This document shows positions 26,855-39,434 of a stretch of 64,000 nt of DNA, in pieces. Position 1 is the first letter of the stretch. Every line of letters begins with the position of its first letter. The stretch is from Camelus dromedarius (Eukaryota). The position numbers and the translations under genes are program-made. The stretch is from NCBI RefSeq assembly GCF_036321535.1, contig NC_087437.1, positions 80,726,001 through 80,790,000 of the forward strand, written 5' to 3'. A model generated the notes under the pieces. It saw nothing but the letters and a program-made list of their open reading frames with translations. It made no database searches and was not told the DNA's origin.

Positions 26855-27738
26855 CCAATTTATTGAGATATAATTGGCATAAAGTACTGTATAAGCTTAA
26901 AGCATACTGCAGAATGATTTGACTTACATACATCATGAAATAATTATCACTGTAAGTTTAGTGGACATCCATCATCTTCTATAGATAGAAAATTAAAGAA
27001 ATAGAAAAAAAATTTTATTCTTGTGATAGAACTTATAAGACTTACTCTCTTTACAATTTTCATATATAACATACAGCAGTGTTAATTATATTTATCATGT
27101 TGTACGTTATACCCCTAGTACCTATTTATCTTATAACTAGAAGTTTGTACCTTTTGACCATTTTAATCCATTTTCTCCTCCCCCCATCCCCTTTCCCTGG
27201 TAACCACAAACCCAATCTCTTTTTCAATGAGTTTGTTTGTTTGTTTGTTTTTGAAGTATAATTGACGTACAACACTATGTTAGTTTCTATTATATAATGT
27301 AGTAATTCAGTGGTCCTGTACATTTCAAAATGATCACCAGGGTAAGTCTAGTTATGATATTTCACCAGACCTTTAAAGATATTACATGGTTATTGACTAT
27401 ATTCCCCACACTGTACACAGCTATGTATCTATATGTGATTTTTGTTTTGTGTATCCCTTAACTACTTACTGTGTATGTGGATGATTTTACTACTTTCGTC
27501 TTTTAATCTTCCTACTAGCTTTATAGTGGCTGCTTTTACTACCTTTACTGTATATTTGCCTTTACCAATGAGATTTTTCCTTTTCTAATTTTCATGTTTC
27601 TAGTTGTGATCTTTTCTTTTTCACTTAGAGAAGTCCCTTTAACATTTCTTGTAAAGCTGGTTTGGTGGTGCTGAACTTTTTTAGCTTTTGCTTGTCTGTA
27701 AAACTTGTGGTAATCTACTGTAGATTCCTTCTAGTGTA
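26855..27738 (-). mobile_element. L1 3'UTR fused directly to L1 inter-ORF/ORF1-end sequence (ORF2 absent)
   Basis: 26855-27417 matches the 3'UTR copy at 62137. 27420-27710 contains agaagtccctttaacatttcttgtaaagctggtttggtggtgctgaact (ORF1 3' end, reverse). Confidence 0.7.
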
Positions 27739-29272
27739 TTTTTTTTTTTTTGTATTTATAAGGATGTTTATTGCAGAAATATTTACAGTAGCATAAAAAT
27801 TCAGAGGCTGATTAAATGTTCAATAATAGGAGGATGTAAATTGTTCTTCTACATTATAAAAATAAGTGTAACACATTTATATGAGATTTGTGATGAATTT
27901 TTACTGACATGGGGAAAGGCACACAATATTAATGAAGAAAAAGCAGGATATCCTTGAAGTATAATCACAATTTAACTATCCTCTCCCACTCACACCCACT
28001 TACAGATAAAATTCCTGAAGAAGATGTACTAAAATCGTCTCTGGGTAGCAATATTATGGATTTTTTTTCTTCTATCCTGTTTATTCTTTTACCCCTGTAT
28101 TTTCCCATTTTTTATTAATAGACTTAATTTTTTATAGCAGTTTCAGGTTTACAGCAGAATTGAACAGAAAATACAGAGTTCACCCATAGCCCCCTCTACC
28201 CACATATATATACTCCCCTACCCTCAACATTCCTCATCATTGTGGCATATTTGGTACAATTGATGAACCAACATGGACACGTTATTATCAACCGAAGTCA
28301 TAGTTTACATTAGGGTTCGCTCTTGATGTTGTACATTCTGTGGGTTTTGACAAATGCATAATGATATGTAGCCACCACTATAGTATCATACAGAATAATT
28401 TCATTGCCCTAAAAATCCCTTGTGCTCCATCTTTTAATTCCTCCCTCCCTCCCTCTCCCCAAACCCTTGGTAAACACGATATTTTTATTGTTTCTGTAGC
28501 TGTGCCTTTTCCAGAATGTTATTTGGTTGGAATTATACAGTTTGTAGCCTTTTCAGACTGGCTTCTTTCATTTAGTAATATGTCTTTTAAATTTCTTCCA
28601 TGTATTTCATGGCTTGATAGCTCATTTCTTTTTTTTTTAACTGTGCATATATTTAATTTACATATATGTACTGTTCATTGTTTCTGAGAATGTTTAGAGC
28701 TTTAGTTTTTTAAACTTACATAGTTATCAAAGGAATAAAGCCAACCACAAAATAAGAATTAATTCAGAAAGATACATACACCCTGCTGCTAACAGCAACA
28801 TTATTTATAATTGCCAAGATATGAAGCATCCAAGTGCACATCAGTAGTTGAATAGATAATGAAGACGCAGCATATATATATATAGAATGGAATACAACTC
28901 ACCCATAAGAAAGAAGGGTATTTTGCCATTTGTGGCCTTTCATTTCCTTTTTTTTTCACTTTAAAAACCAGAATTTTGTAACTGGCATAAACATTTCCAT
29001 TACATCAAAAACAACAAAGTACCCAGAAATAAACCTAACCAAGGAGGTTACCTATACTCCGAAAAGTGAAATGACACAAAGAACTGGAAAGATTTCTTGT
29101 GCTCTTGAATTGGAAGAATCAACACTATCAAAATGGCCACACTACCCAAAGCAATCCACAGATCCAATGCAACCCCTGTCAAGATACTCATGACATTCCT
29201 CACAGAGCTAGAACAAACAGTTCCAAAATTCACAAGGAACCACAAAAGACCCTGAGCAGCCAGAGTAACCTT

Positions 29273-31159
29273 TTGTAGGTCTTTTTTTTTTTTTTTTCTC
29301 TTTCTTCTTTTTATTCGCTTTCCTTACGGTTTGATGACTACAGAAGGTCCTTTAAAGTTTGTTGTAAAGCTGGTTTGGTGGTGCTGAAATCTTTTGGCTT
29401 TTGTTTTATCTGTGAAGCTTTTGATTTTTTCCATCAAGTCTGAATAAGAGCCTTGCTGGATAGGGTATTCTTGGTTGTAGGTTTCCCCCTTGCATCACTT
29501 TAAATATATCATGCCACTCCCTTCTGGCCTGTAGAGTTTCTGCTGAAAAATCAGCTGATAACCTTATGGAAGTTCCCTTGATGTTATTTGTTGCTTTTCT
29601 CTTGCTAATTTTAATATTTTCTTCTTATCCTTAATTTTTGTCCAACTGATGACTACGTGCCTTGGTGTGTTCCTCTTTGGGTTGATCTTGTGTGATACTC
29701 ACTGTGCTTCCTGGACTTGGGTGACTATTTCCTTTCCCAGATTGGGGAAGTTTTCAGTGATTATCTCTCCAAAATTTTTCTCAGGGCCTCTCTCTCTTCT
29801 CTTTCTGGGTCTCCTATAATGCAAATATTAGTGCACTTCATGTTGTCCCAGAGTTCTCTTAAACTGTCCTCATTTCTTTTCATTGGTTTTTCTTCTTTCT
29901 CTTCTGCAGTAGTGATTTCCAGTAATCTGTCTTCTAGCTCACTGATCTGTTCTTCTGCCTCATTTAGTCTATTCTTGGTTCCTTCTAGTGTATTGTTCAT
30001 TTCAGTGATTTTATTCTTCAACTCTGGGTATTCTTTGTATTTTCCAACTCTTTGCTAAAAACTTCGTTCTGTGCATCTACACTTCTCTTGAGTTCTCTAA
30101 ACATCTTTGCCATCATTACTTTAAACTTTTTCTCAGATAAATTGCCTATCTCCTCATCACTTATTTCTTCTTCTGGGATTTTATCTTGTGCCTTGGTCTG
30201 GAGATATTCCTTTGCTGCCTCATATCATCTATCTTTCTATGTGTTTGTGGATTCCTTCCACAGGCTTTGGGATTATTGTGTTCTTATTTCTAGTATTTTC
30301 CCCTGGTGGATGAGGCTGGACTAGAGGCTTATGCAGGTTTCCTGGCAGGAGGAGGCAATGCCTGCCCACTGCTGGGTGAAGCTTGGTCCTGGACCTCTGG
30401 TGGGTAGGGCTATGTGTAGAGGCCTTTGTGGCTTAGGAAGTCTGCTGTTGGGTGGGGCTGTGTTCCCACCCTGTATGTTGTTTGGCCTGAGGCTTCTCTA
30501 CATGCTGTTGGGTGGGGCTGGATCTTGGTGCTAATGATCTAATCAAGACATCAGCCTCCAGGAAAGCTCACGTAGATGAACATTCCCAGAATGTCTGCCA
30601 CCAGCTTTTATGTCCCCTGGGTGAGCTGCAGCCATCCCTGTGTCCCCAGGAGACCCTCCAAATCCAGCAGGCAGGCCTGGCTCAGGTTTCTATGAAATGA
30701 CTGCCTCTGCCCTTGAACCTGGCGCACACGAGTTTCCATGTACGCTTCCCAAGCGAATGAAGTCTCTGTTTCCCCCAGTCCTGTGGGGCTACCGGAGCCA
30801 AGCCTTGCTGGTCTTCAAAACCAGATGTCCTGGGGTCTCCTTTTCCTCCCAATGTAGGAACCCTGGGCTGGGGAGCCTGACATGGGGCTTAGAGCTCTCA
30901 CTCCTGTGGGAGGGCTTCTGCTACTTAACTATTCTTGTGGGTTGCCCACCCCGGGAGTATGGGGCCCAATTATATCATGAGCTCGCCCCTCCTACCATCC
31001 TGTTGTGGTTCCTTCTTTATGTTTCCAGTTGCAGAAGCTCTTTTTTGCTAGATTCCAGCATTTTTTTCAATGGTTGTTTATCATTCAGCTGTGGTTTCAT
31101 TGTAGTCGTGAGGAGAGGCGAGCTCTTGGTTCTAATACTGCTATCTTGACCTGAAATCC
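29273..31159 (-). mobile_element. L1 5' half: 5'UTR + ORF1 (L1MA/cetartiodactyl type)
   Basis: ORF 29761..30021 MKNKITEMNNTLEGTKNRLNEAEEQISELEDRLLEIT...LRELWDNMKCTNICIIG is the ORF1p coiled coil/RRM start. GC-richer 5'UTR at ~30330-31159 ends tgctatcttgacctgaaatcc. Confidence 0.88.
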
Positions 31160-31312
31160 TTAGCTATCTTGATTGTGATGGTGGTTTCATAAGTGTATAC
31201 ATCTATCAAAATTCATCAAATTGTACATCTGAAATAGGTGTAGTTCACTGTACAGGAATTATACCATAATAAAGGTGTTAAAAAAAAAGTAAATAAAAGC
31301 AACTTTCCTTTT

Positions 31313-31890
31313 TGTTACCAAGGCTGTTGCCCCCAGGATCAAACCCCTGCCCCTCCCTCCAATAGAAACAAATTACTCTTATCTGAGTCTCAGGAGACAG
31401 CTGTAAAGAGAAGAAACAAGAACTGGTTAGAACCTGCAAAGCCTAAGATGGCAGAGGATTTGACTTCCAGTAGACTTTGAGCCTCATTGTAATGCATTGG
31501 GATGTTAAATGGCACACCCACCAACACCATGACAGTTGATGATTGCCATGGCAACAACTAGGAAAGCCCATACAAAGATGGAAAAGAAAGGTTAATGGGC
31601 TCCAGCACAGCTGGAATGAGGACATGATGGTGGAAGCCTCCCTTACAAGTTCAAGTGGCCATACCTGGGCCAGAGCTGTCTCAACTGGCAGTCTTGGCTG
31701 ATGGCTTCCCACTCCAGTACATTTCTCTTCTTTTAACCACTCGAGCACTTTCTTTCCTTTTCCTCTTTCAAGACATAAAGCAGCTTTTCATTTTGCCCCT
31801 CTGCTTCCACTGCGAATTCTTTCATAGCCAGCAGCAAGGACCCACACTTTAGTGGACCTCCTAATTTAGGAGTCTCACTATCTGCTAACA
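31313..31890 (+). mobile_element. ERV1-class solo LTR
   Basis: tgttacc...ctaaca termini. Internal aagatggc, ccatgacagtt, ttgccatggcaac and gaattcttt...aaggaccc features typical of ERV1 LTRs. TSD not clean. Confidence 0.7.
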
Positions 31891-32049
31891 CTTCTGCCGC
31901 ATGAATACACAGTGAGAAGCAGGCTGTCACCACACACCAAATCTGCCAGTGCCTTGATCTTGGACTCCCCACCCTCTGGATCTGTATGAAATATATGTTT
32001 GTTGTTTAGCCAGTCAGCCTATAGTATTTAGCCCTAGTGGTCTAAGACA
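31891..32049 (+). mobile_element. MLT1A 3' portion
   Basis: accaaatctgccagtgccttgatcttggact...tgttgttta...ctaagaca. Confidence 0.75.
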
Positions 32050-32053
32050 GTAT

Positions 32054-32699
32054 TGGTGCCGATAGATGCAACCAGTGTTCCAGGTTCTTGTCCCATCCCA
32101 GAAAGAATTCAGAGACAAGACTTAGAGGTTAAAAAGGTACAGTGAGGATTACGTTAAAGGATGGATAGTACACTCTCAGGGGAGAGCAGGCAGGCTCAGG
32201 TGAGTGGCTGCCCTGAGTTTCTTTGGCAAGTTAGTTACATAGGGTGTAAAAATGAGTGGGTGGAATATTCATTGGGGAGGGAAGGGTTTGGGGTCGTATT
32301 CCCTGATTATCATCCCAGCTCCACCTTCCCAAAGGGAGGAGGGATTTTTGTCCTTATTTAGTCTGGATCGGAAGTGTCATGGCGTCAGTGTATGATGGGT
32401 ACTTCTGATCTGCAAGGCTAATTTTATTGAAATGAGGGCATAATGAGTAAAAGGTTACATTCGGACACTGGAAATTCCTGCCTTTTCTGACCTTTCTTTG
32501 TTGGTCTCCAGGCCAAAAGGTGTGGCCCCTTATCAGCCCAAAGATTCCAACTTTTCTTTCTCTGCCCAGGGATCCCTGCTGCTCACATGATGTGTGGTTT
32601 CCTGCATTTGGCCTGTGCCCCTCCTTTCTGCCCAATTCCTGCCATTTGGACTGTGTCCGCCTTTCTCTGCTCATATCTAGCTATTTGCCTGCTCTAACA
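32054..32699 (-). mobile_element. ERV1-class solo LTR, probably lineage-specific, 646 bp
   Basis: TG...CA termini with perfect 4-bp TSD gtat (32050-32053, 32700-32703). Minus strand starts tgttagagcaggcaaatagctagatatgagcag. Confidence 0.85.
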
Positions 32700-33149
32700 G
32701 TATGAAAGAGGAATAGGGCAGAGGCACACAATTTATTCTGTTAACTGTGTGGATTATGGATTAAAATTATTCAGTCAACTAGCTGGTTTATGTAGTACCT
32801 CAAAGTCCAAAGCAATGTGTTAAGTACTAGTGTTTTAATGTCAAAGAATTAACTGAAGTACCTTTCTCATTCAAAAGATACTTGCTCTAAGGCATTTAGG
32901 TAGTTGCCGTGTAACAAATTCTTATACTGGAATGGTGGTGTTCAGTGCAGACTGCAGTAATGATTATTCTTTAGAGCCCCTGAGATTATTCTAACTAATG
33001 AATTTTTCAATCCAAATTTTAGCAAAAGTGTACTTATATAAATTAAATGGATAAAAATGTTACTCATTTAATTCTTTGTAATTTGGCTTTGAAGAGAAAA
33101 ACAAAGTAGATTCATTTTCTTAAGGTAATAAATATTTTTGCATATTTTA

Positions 33150-34660
33150 ATAACTTTTAAAATGACCTTTATTCATGTATAATTTACATACAATAAAATA
33201 CACACATTTTATGTTTATATGTATATATTTTGATGAGTTTTAACAAATTTGTATGCTTATGGTACTACCACCACCACCGTCTGTGAACACCGATTCCCCA
33301 AAGACTTCCTGTGTGCCCTCTTCCACTAATCCCCTTACCCACTCACCTCCAACTTCAGACAGTCACTGACCTGCTTTCTGTTAGCATAGATTAGGTTTGT
33401 CTTTCTAGAGTTGCAAATATATTAGAACACAGTATGTATATTATTTTGTGTCTGGTTTATTTCATGAACATAATGTTTTGGAGATCTGTCTGTATTGCTG
33501 GATGTTATCAGTAGTTCATTTCTTTTTATTGCTGAGTAGTATTCCATTCTATGAAAATGCTATATTTTATCTGTTGTAGAGGAATAACTTTTCCTCTACC
33601 CTCTTAGATTCTGTGGTTAGGCCTAAGAATTAAACTGACAGAAGGCAGATTAACAGGAAAAAACACACAAATGTTGTTTAATATTTTAATGTGCACATGG
33701 GAGCTCTTAGAGGAAAAATGATGGCCTGAAGATGTGGTTAGGACTGAGAGCTTATATATCTTTTTAACAAAGAGCAGTACATTTGTGGGGAAGTGACAAG
33801 ATGAAAAACAAGGATTTATGTTTCTAGGTGGGTTAAATCGTGGGAAATGACTAGAATACATGGGGGAAATTGATGGAAGATTTATTTCAGTAGGTTTGTT
33901 TGTGCTGATCCATTTTGACATTGACTCCCAGTCTCCAGTGATAGGAGTGTCTTCCAGGTACAGAGAGGGCACCATTCTCATGGGAAATTTTTATGACCCA
34001 CTTTCCAGCAGAAAAGGGGAGGTCAGAGTCTTTCCTGCAACTGTTGTTTCTCAAGTGTCTTCAGCTCAAAATAATCAACATGCCAAAGTGGCATATTTTG
34101 GGATGACATGTTCTTTTCCCCTCATATCCATGTGGCTGTTGATGGACATTTGGGTTATTTCCAGTTTTGAGCTACTGTGCGTAAAGCTGCTGTGAATATT
34201 CATGTACAAGTGCCTGTGTGGACATGTTTTCATTTCTTTTGGTTAAATACCTAGGAGATGGGTTGCTGGGTCATTGAAAGTGTATTTTCAACTTTGTAAG
34301 AAACTGCCAAATGTTTTCCAAAAGTAATTGTGCCATTTTACCTTACCACCAGCAGTGTAGGAGAGTTTTACTTCCTCCACACTTCTGCCAGTACTTGTAT
34401 GGTCAGTTTCTTATCACCATCCATTGTAATGGATGTGTAGTAGTATCTTTTTGAGGTTTTAATTGCATTTCCGTGATGAACGATGATGTTGAGCATCTTT
34501 TCATGTGCTTTTGTATCTTCTCTAAAGTGTGTGTGGTAATCTTTTGCTGCCTTCCCCCTGTTTTTGAAAAGACAAGAAACTTTTTTTAAAGACCAGAACG
34601 ATAAGGTGCATGTTGTCCGTTCGTATATCTTTTTTATGAAGTGTTCAAATATTTTGTCCA
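33150..34660 (-). mobile_element. Old L1 (L1MC/ME-like) 3' end, interrupted by an LTR
   Basis: attgctgagtagtattccatt...tatc|tatccatgtggctgttgatggacatttgggttatttccagtttt rejoins across the LTR. Confidence 0.7.
33572..34124 (-). mobile_element. MER34-like ERV1 solo LTR, 553 bp
   Basis: TG...CA termini with perfect 4-bp TSD tatc (33568-33571, 34125-34128). Ends cttcagctcaaaataatcaacatgccaaagtggcatattttggg...cccctca. Confidence 0.85.
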
Positions 34661-35168
34661 CATAGAGGAGAGAAAAAAGCCTCTACTCTCTTAGATTCCT
34701 TGGCTGGGGCCCTGCAAATCTGACAGACAAAATACAGATTAATAAAAGAAAAACAAACACAGTCTATTAATAAATGCAGTGTGCATATACGTAGGAGAAA
34801 TTCTGTGATGAGTAACTCAAAGAAGTGGTTACAACTTGGGCTTATATAGTGTGTTAATGAAGAATAATAAATTTCTAGCAAAGTGAGAAGACAAAAGAAA
34901 AAGGATTGCCATTCCAAGGATGGCAAACTGGGAAAAGTACATATACGAGGGAAACTAACAGAAGATAGTCTGTTTAGTGAGGCTTGTTATGTAGATTCCA
35001 TTCCTAGGCTGATAAGAGTCTCTGGTGATGAGTAGTCAAAACCTATTTTTAGACAAGCAGTGGGTGGATAGAGAGCCTTTTTGGCATCTGCTCTCAGTTG
35101 TGTTCACTTCAAAATAATCCTTGTGCCACAATAACATATTTTGAGGTAGCATATTCTGATTTCCTACA
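34661..35168 (-). mobile_element. Second MER34-like ERV1 solo LTR
   Basis: Similar to the 33572 copy at both ends (cctctac.ctcttagatt...; caaaataatc...tgcca...catattttg). Degenerate TSD. Confidence 0.78.
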
Positions 35169-37019
35169 CGCATTTCTCTGAAGGACAAGAAATACTCTCC
35201 AGAGTATTTCTCCAGAGAACCCAAATTGACTTTCTCACTTAGAGCCACACTATTAGAATTATCAGTAAGATCACAGTGGTGATTCTTATTTGGTCTGGGT
35301 GGATAGAAAAATGGCTTTTTTCAACATTGGATATTTTCATATTTAAAATTATTAAAATTACCAGTGGGATAATACTTTCCTTAAATAATTTAGCAAATTA
35401 CTAATAATCTCATTAGACAAGAAGTATGCCTTATATCTTTAAGATTTTAGAAGGATTTTCATTTGATCACTTAGAATTTTAAGTTGTACAGTTGTAAACA
35501 TATAGTTATGAAAGAATAGTCCTGAATGTAAAAAAAATTCCATTTCACTAATCGATAGTTTTGGCTTGGTAAACCTATTTACCATTTTAAAAATTACTTA
35601 GTTGACATTTCTCTTTATATAAATAGTACTTGCTTAGTATAGAAAACAGAAATAAAGACAAGTAGAAAACAGAAAACACAGGTTTTTAAAAAATTTAAAG
35701 TAGAAGATTTTAAGAGATAAGTAACATTCCATTAAGTGGCTTTATCATGGTCTACTTAATGATTCTGCTATTGCTAGGAATTTAAAGTTGTTTTTAGTTT
35801 GTTGCTTGTGTAAAAAACTGTGATGAATATCTTCATGTATAACTTCTTTTCCTCTGTGTTTCATAGTTTTCTTGGTACAGGATTCCAGGCATGGGATGAT
35901 TTTGTTAAGAGCGTAACAAACACTCATATATCCTTCATCTGGATTCACCAGTTATTAACATTTTCGCACATTTGCCTCCTCTCAGTCTGTTTTCATACAT
36001 GTGTATAAGTGCATATCACATATATACCTACACATACACATTTTTTTCACAACCATCTGAAAGTTAGAGACAATGTGGCACTTCACCTCTAAATACTTTA
36101 GCTTGCACTTCTTGGGAACCAGGAAATTCTCTTACATAAATAACCATAATAAATTATGAAGAACATTTGTAATTTCATATTATCAACTAATATAAACTCT
36201 AGAATCACAATTCCCTATGTGTCTCCAAAATGTCTTTTATTTATTTATTTTGAAATCTAGGATCACATTGATGTTCATGCATTATGTATTTTGGCTATTA
36301 TGTCTCATTAGTCTCTTAATCTTAGAATAGCTCTTGCCTGCCCTCTGACCCCCACCCCTTTTTTTTTAAACCATGACATTGACTTTTTTGAAGAGTTCAG
36401 GCCAGTTGTCTTGTAGAATGTCCTACATTCTAGATTTTTATGATTGTCTGGATTTGGCCCATGAGTAGTTTCATATTACATTTTTGGCAAGACTAACTCA
36501 TGGCTGATGTGATTTGCTTATTGTATCATATCAGGGAATACATAATGTCTGCTTGTCCCACTGTTGGTGGCCCTACATTTGGTCACTTGGTTAAGGTGGT
36601 AGCTGCCAAATCTTTCATTATAAAGATGTTTTTTACTCATTATAATTGACTGTACTTCAATTAAAAAATTTTTTTTTCTTTTGTAATTAATAATCACTTG
36701 TGAACCTAATTATTTGCATTGTGCTGACACTAAAGTGGCTGAGCAGTGAAGGGGAAAAAAATCACAAAACAGAGTCTGTTTGTGGCATTATAAATTCATG
36801 ATTATTAATCTCACTGGATTCCTAAACTGCATGATAATCGTACTGTGTTTCTCTAGTCAGCTTGAGTTCCCCCTCTCCGTAGTGATGATTCGAAGCCTCT
36901 TCTTTTCTCAAGCCTGTGTTCCTTTACCTTTCTTATCACTTTGAAAAGATGATCTTGGTTCCTGAAAGAAGGAAAGGGGCTCCTCTTCTCCCGTCAGAAA
37001 CCAGCCTTGTGGAACAATG

Positions 37020-38162
37020 AATGCTAGTAGCAGCAGAGTTGATAGTGTATGGTTCTGGATCTCTTTCACTACTCACCCATTTTACTGTGGGCTTAAGTTA
37101 TTAATCTTTCTATCTTGGTCTTCTCGATTGCAGAGGAATAATAATTACCATTGTATCTCATAGAGTAGTTGTGAGGATTAAATGAAGTAAATCATTGTAA
37201 AATCCTTAGCATAGTGCCCAGTATATGTGTATAATCAATAAATATTAGCTCTTTTTATGCCATTTGCTAGGAAACTTCCTTATAATGTCAATTATTCTCT
37301 TTTGTATCTTCAACCTCTTTTACTCTTTTGACCCCTTCCCACAAGCAATTAAACTTATACAGATGTTTTCTTAAGCTAACTAACAAACCAATAACTAATA
37401 AAAACCATTTTCTGCATCTCACATTTATCTTCAGCTCTTGTCCTATATACGCCTTTCATAGCCATATATCAACTCCCTTCATTTGCTATATCCCTTTTCA
37501 TCTTCCCCATTTCTGCTCCCACCATTCCACTAAACTATGCCTAAGTCAGCATTACCTCTCTGAATTCATTATTGCTGTTTTCTCTGAGTACTTTCTCTAT
37601 TCATTATAAAAGTCATCTTTTAAAAATGCAGCTCTGATCTCATCATTCTGTTTTTAAAGCTAGGGGATTGTTGCTGTTGTTGTTGGCATAAAGTCTCAAA
37701 TCCTTAATACAGTCCACAGGGTCTTACCTAACTGCCCATCCTTAGCTTACATACATTTCCTCTTCACTCTGAGCACTAGAGCCAGGTAAGTCCTTTGATT
37801 TCTTTGAATAAACTTTATTTATATCTGAGCATTTGCATTTTGTTCCCTTTTTTGAACCACTCTCCATTTTCCACTTGTTTCCTTTGGATCGTGTCTGTCC
37901 TTTGAGGTTTCAGCTTAAAGGTCATATTCTCAGTAGACCCGTCCCTGACCTGGTTCAGAAGAAATGCAGCTTCTGTAGTTTTCACTCATATTGCTCATCA
38001 TAATTGTAATTAAACAACTAATTGGGTGATTCTTCTCTGGAATGTAAGCTCCAAGAAGACAGGAACTGTGACTGTTTTGTTTGTTGCTAAACCTCCAGAT
38101 TCTACTAGTACAGTTGTTTTGCTAGAAGGTGTTTGGTAAGTATTTGTTGAATGAAGAATGAG
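37020..38162 (+). mobile_element. MIR (~37020-37250) followed by LINE-2 3' portion
   Basis: gttgtgaggattaaatgaagtaa...cttagcatagtgcc (MIR). tttaaaaatgcagctctgatc...gaatgtaagctccaagaagacagg...tatttgttgaatgaa (L2 3' end). Confidence 0.7.
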
Positions 38163-39236
38163 TTACTATTATTCATAATTAGAAATGTCATTCACCTCTT
38201 TATTCTTTAATGATTATTCTAAAACCTATAGATTAAACTTTTTTTAACTTAAAATATTTAGAGTTTCAATGCATTCTATGGAGGCTCCCCTGAAGACTTG
38301 TATCCCTCTTTCCGGTGATCTGAAGATATAGCCCCAAGTGGCTGTTGCAAACAATTGATTTCTTTGAGACGTGTTTTATCTTAAAAATACATGAGCACTT
38401 TGCTTTCTGTTTCTTAATATTCTTACATTTGTTAAACAAACAATGCCAAAAACTAGTACTAGGGAGTAGAATAGACACTCTTCTGATTAAACATTTCCAA
38501 TTCTTTCAGCCATTCCTCATTTGACATTGTTTCACATCCACTTGGTAACCTGTTCACAGTACTGCAAAAAGTATATTTCATGGTTCCAGAACTGAACACA
38601 GTTCTTCAAGTAATATCAATACAAAGATGTATTGAATGAGTAATGGGTAAAATGTAATGAGGCAAAAAAGCTGGAAGTGCTTGGATTTGTCAGTTTCACT
38701 TTTTGAAATTGGTATAGGTATAGTGTTTTAAATTAACTTGTTTTTAGAAATAAGGTGAAATTAAGTGTATCTTAACACTATATAGGTTTAAGACTGTAGA
38801 TGATGTACTGTTACACCCTTAGTTTTAATTATGTTTTCCAAATCAACAAATGCTAAAACAAAACCACATTTTTAGTGTAGGAAAGTGGTTGCCTTTGTGA
38901 TGCAATGTGCAGATGTGTTTTGTTCCATTAATAGTGTGAATAGGTACAGATGGGTTACCAGAAATCCAACAGCTATACGTGTGCATGACCATAGTTGCAG
39001 TATACCACACAGAATTCTAAAGAAAATCCAATTTAAGTGAAATAGGGTTTACTTTTTAATGTATATTTGAGAATGGTTAGGCAAATTTTTTCTTATAATA
39101 TTTACTACTCTGGTTAATTGCTGGAAGAACTGAAATTTAGATTTCCTGTAGGTTTTCATTTGTTACAGTTTGTGATGAATTCATGTATTAAACAATGTTT
39201 AGTACTGTGTGTATTAATTATTTATGTGTGTAACAG

Positions 39237-39434
39237 GCAACTCAAAGTTATGTTGACGAATGTCCTATGGACGGATTTAGGACGAAAATTCAGAAAGACC
39301 CTACCTAGAAACGATGCTAATTTATGTGATGCCAACAAGGTGCAATCAGACTCATTGCCTTCGACATCTGTTGAGAGCCTAGAGACATGTCAAAAATTAG
39401 AACCTCTTCACCAAAGCCTTAATTTGTCTGAAAG
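39237..39434 (+). CDS. SENP7: SENP7 coding exon (exon 5 equivalent), 198 nt, phase 2-2 cassette, PxVxL-like motif LKVML
   Basis: Acceptor gtgtgtaacag|G, donor GAAAG|gtatgt. Encodes [65 protein letters not shown](R), inside ORF 39118..39453. Confidence 0.97.

Noticed and set aside
30640..31149. Longest ORF (169 aa) as a stand-alone gene
   Set aside because: GTG start, lies antisense within a GC-richer L1 5'UTR where stops are rarer, and has no recognisable domain.
33572..35168. Two same-strand MER34-like LTRs as ends of one provirus
   Set aside because: The first has its own perfect TSD, the spacer is host L1 sequence, and the two LTRs are substantially diverged.
39118..39236. Upstream extension of ORF 39118..39453 (and likewise 46145..46167)
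   Set aside because: Intronic read-through before the AG acceptor, with a non-ATG start. SENP7 similarity begins exactly at the splice site.
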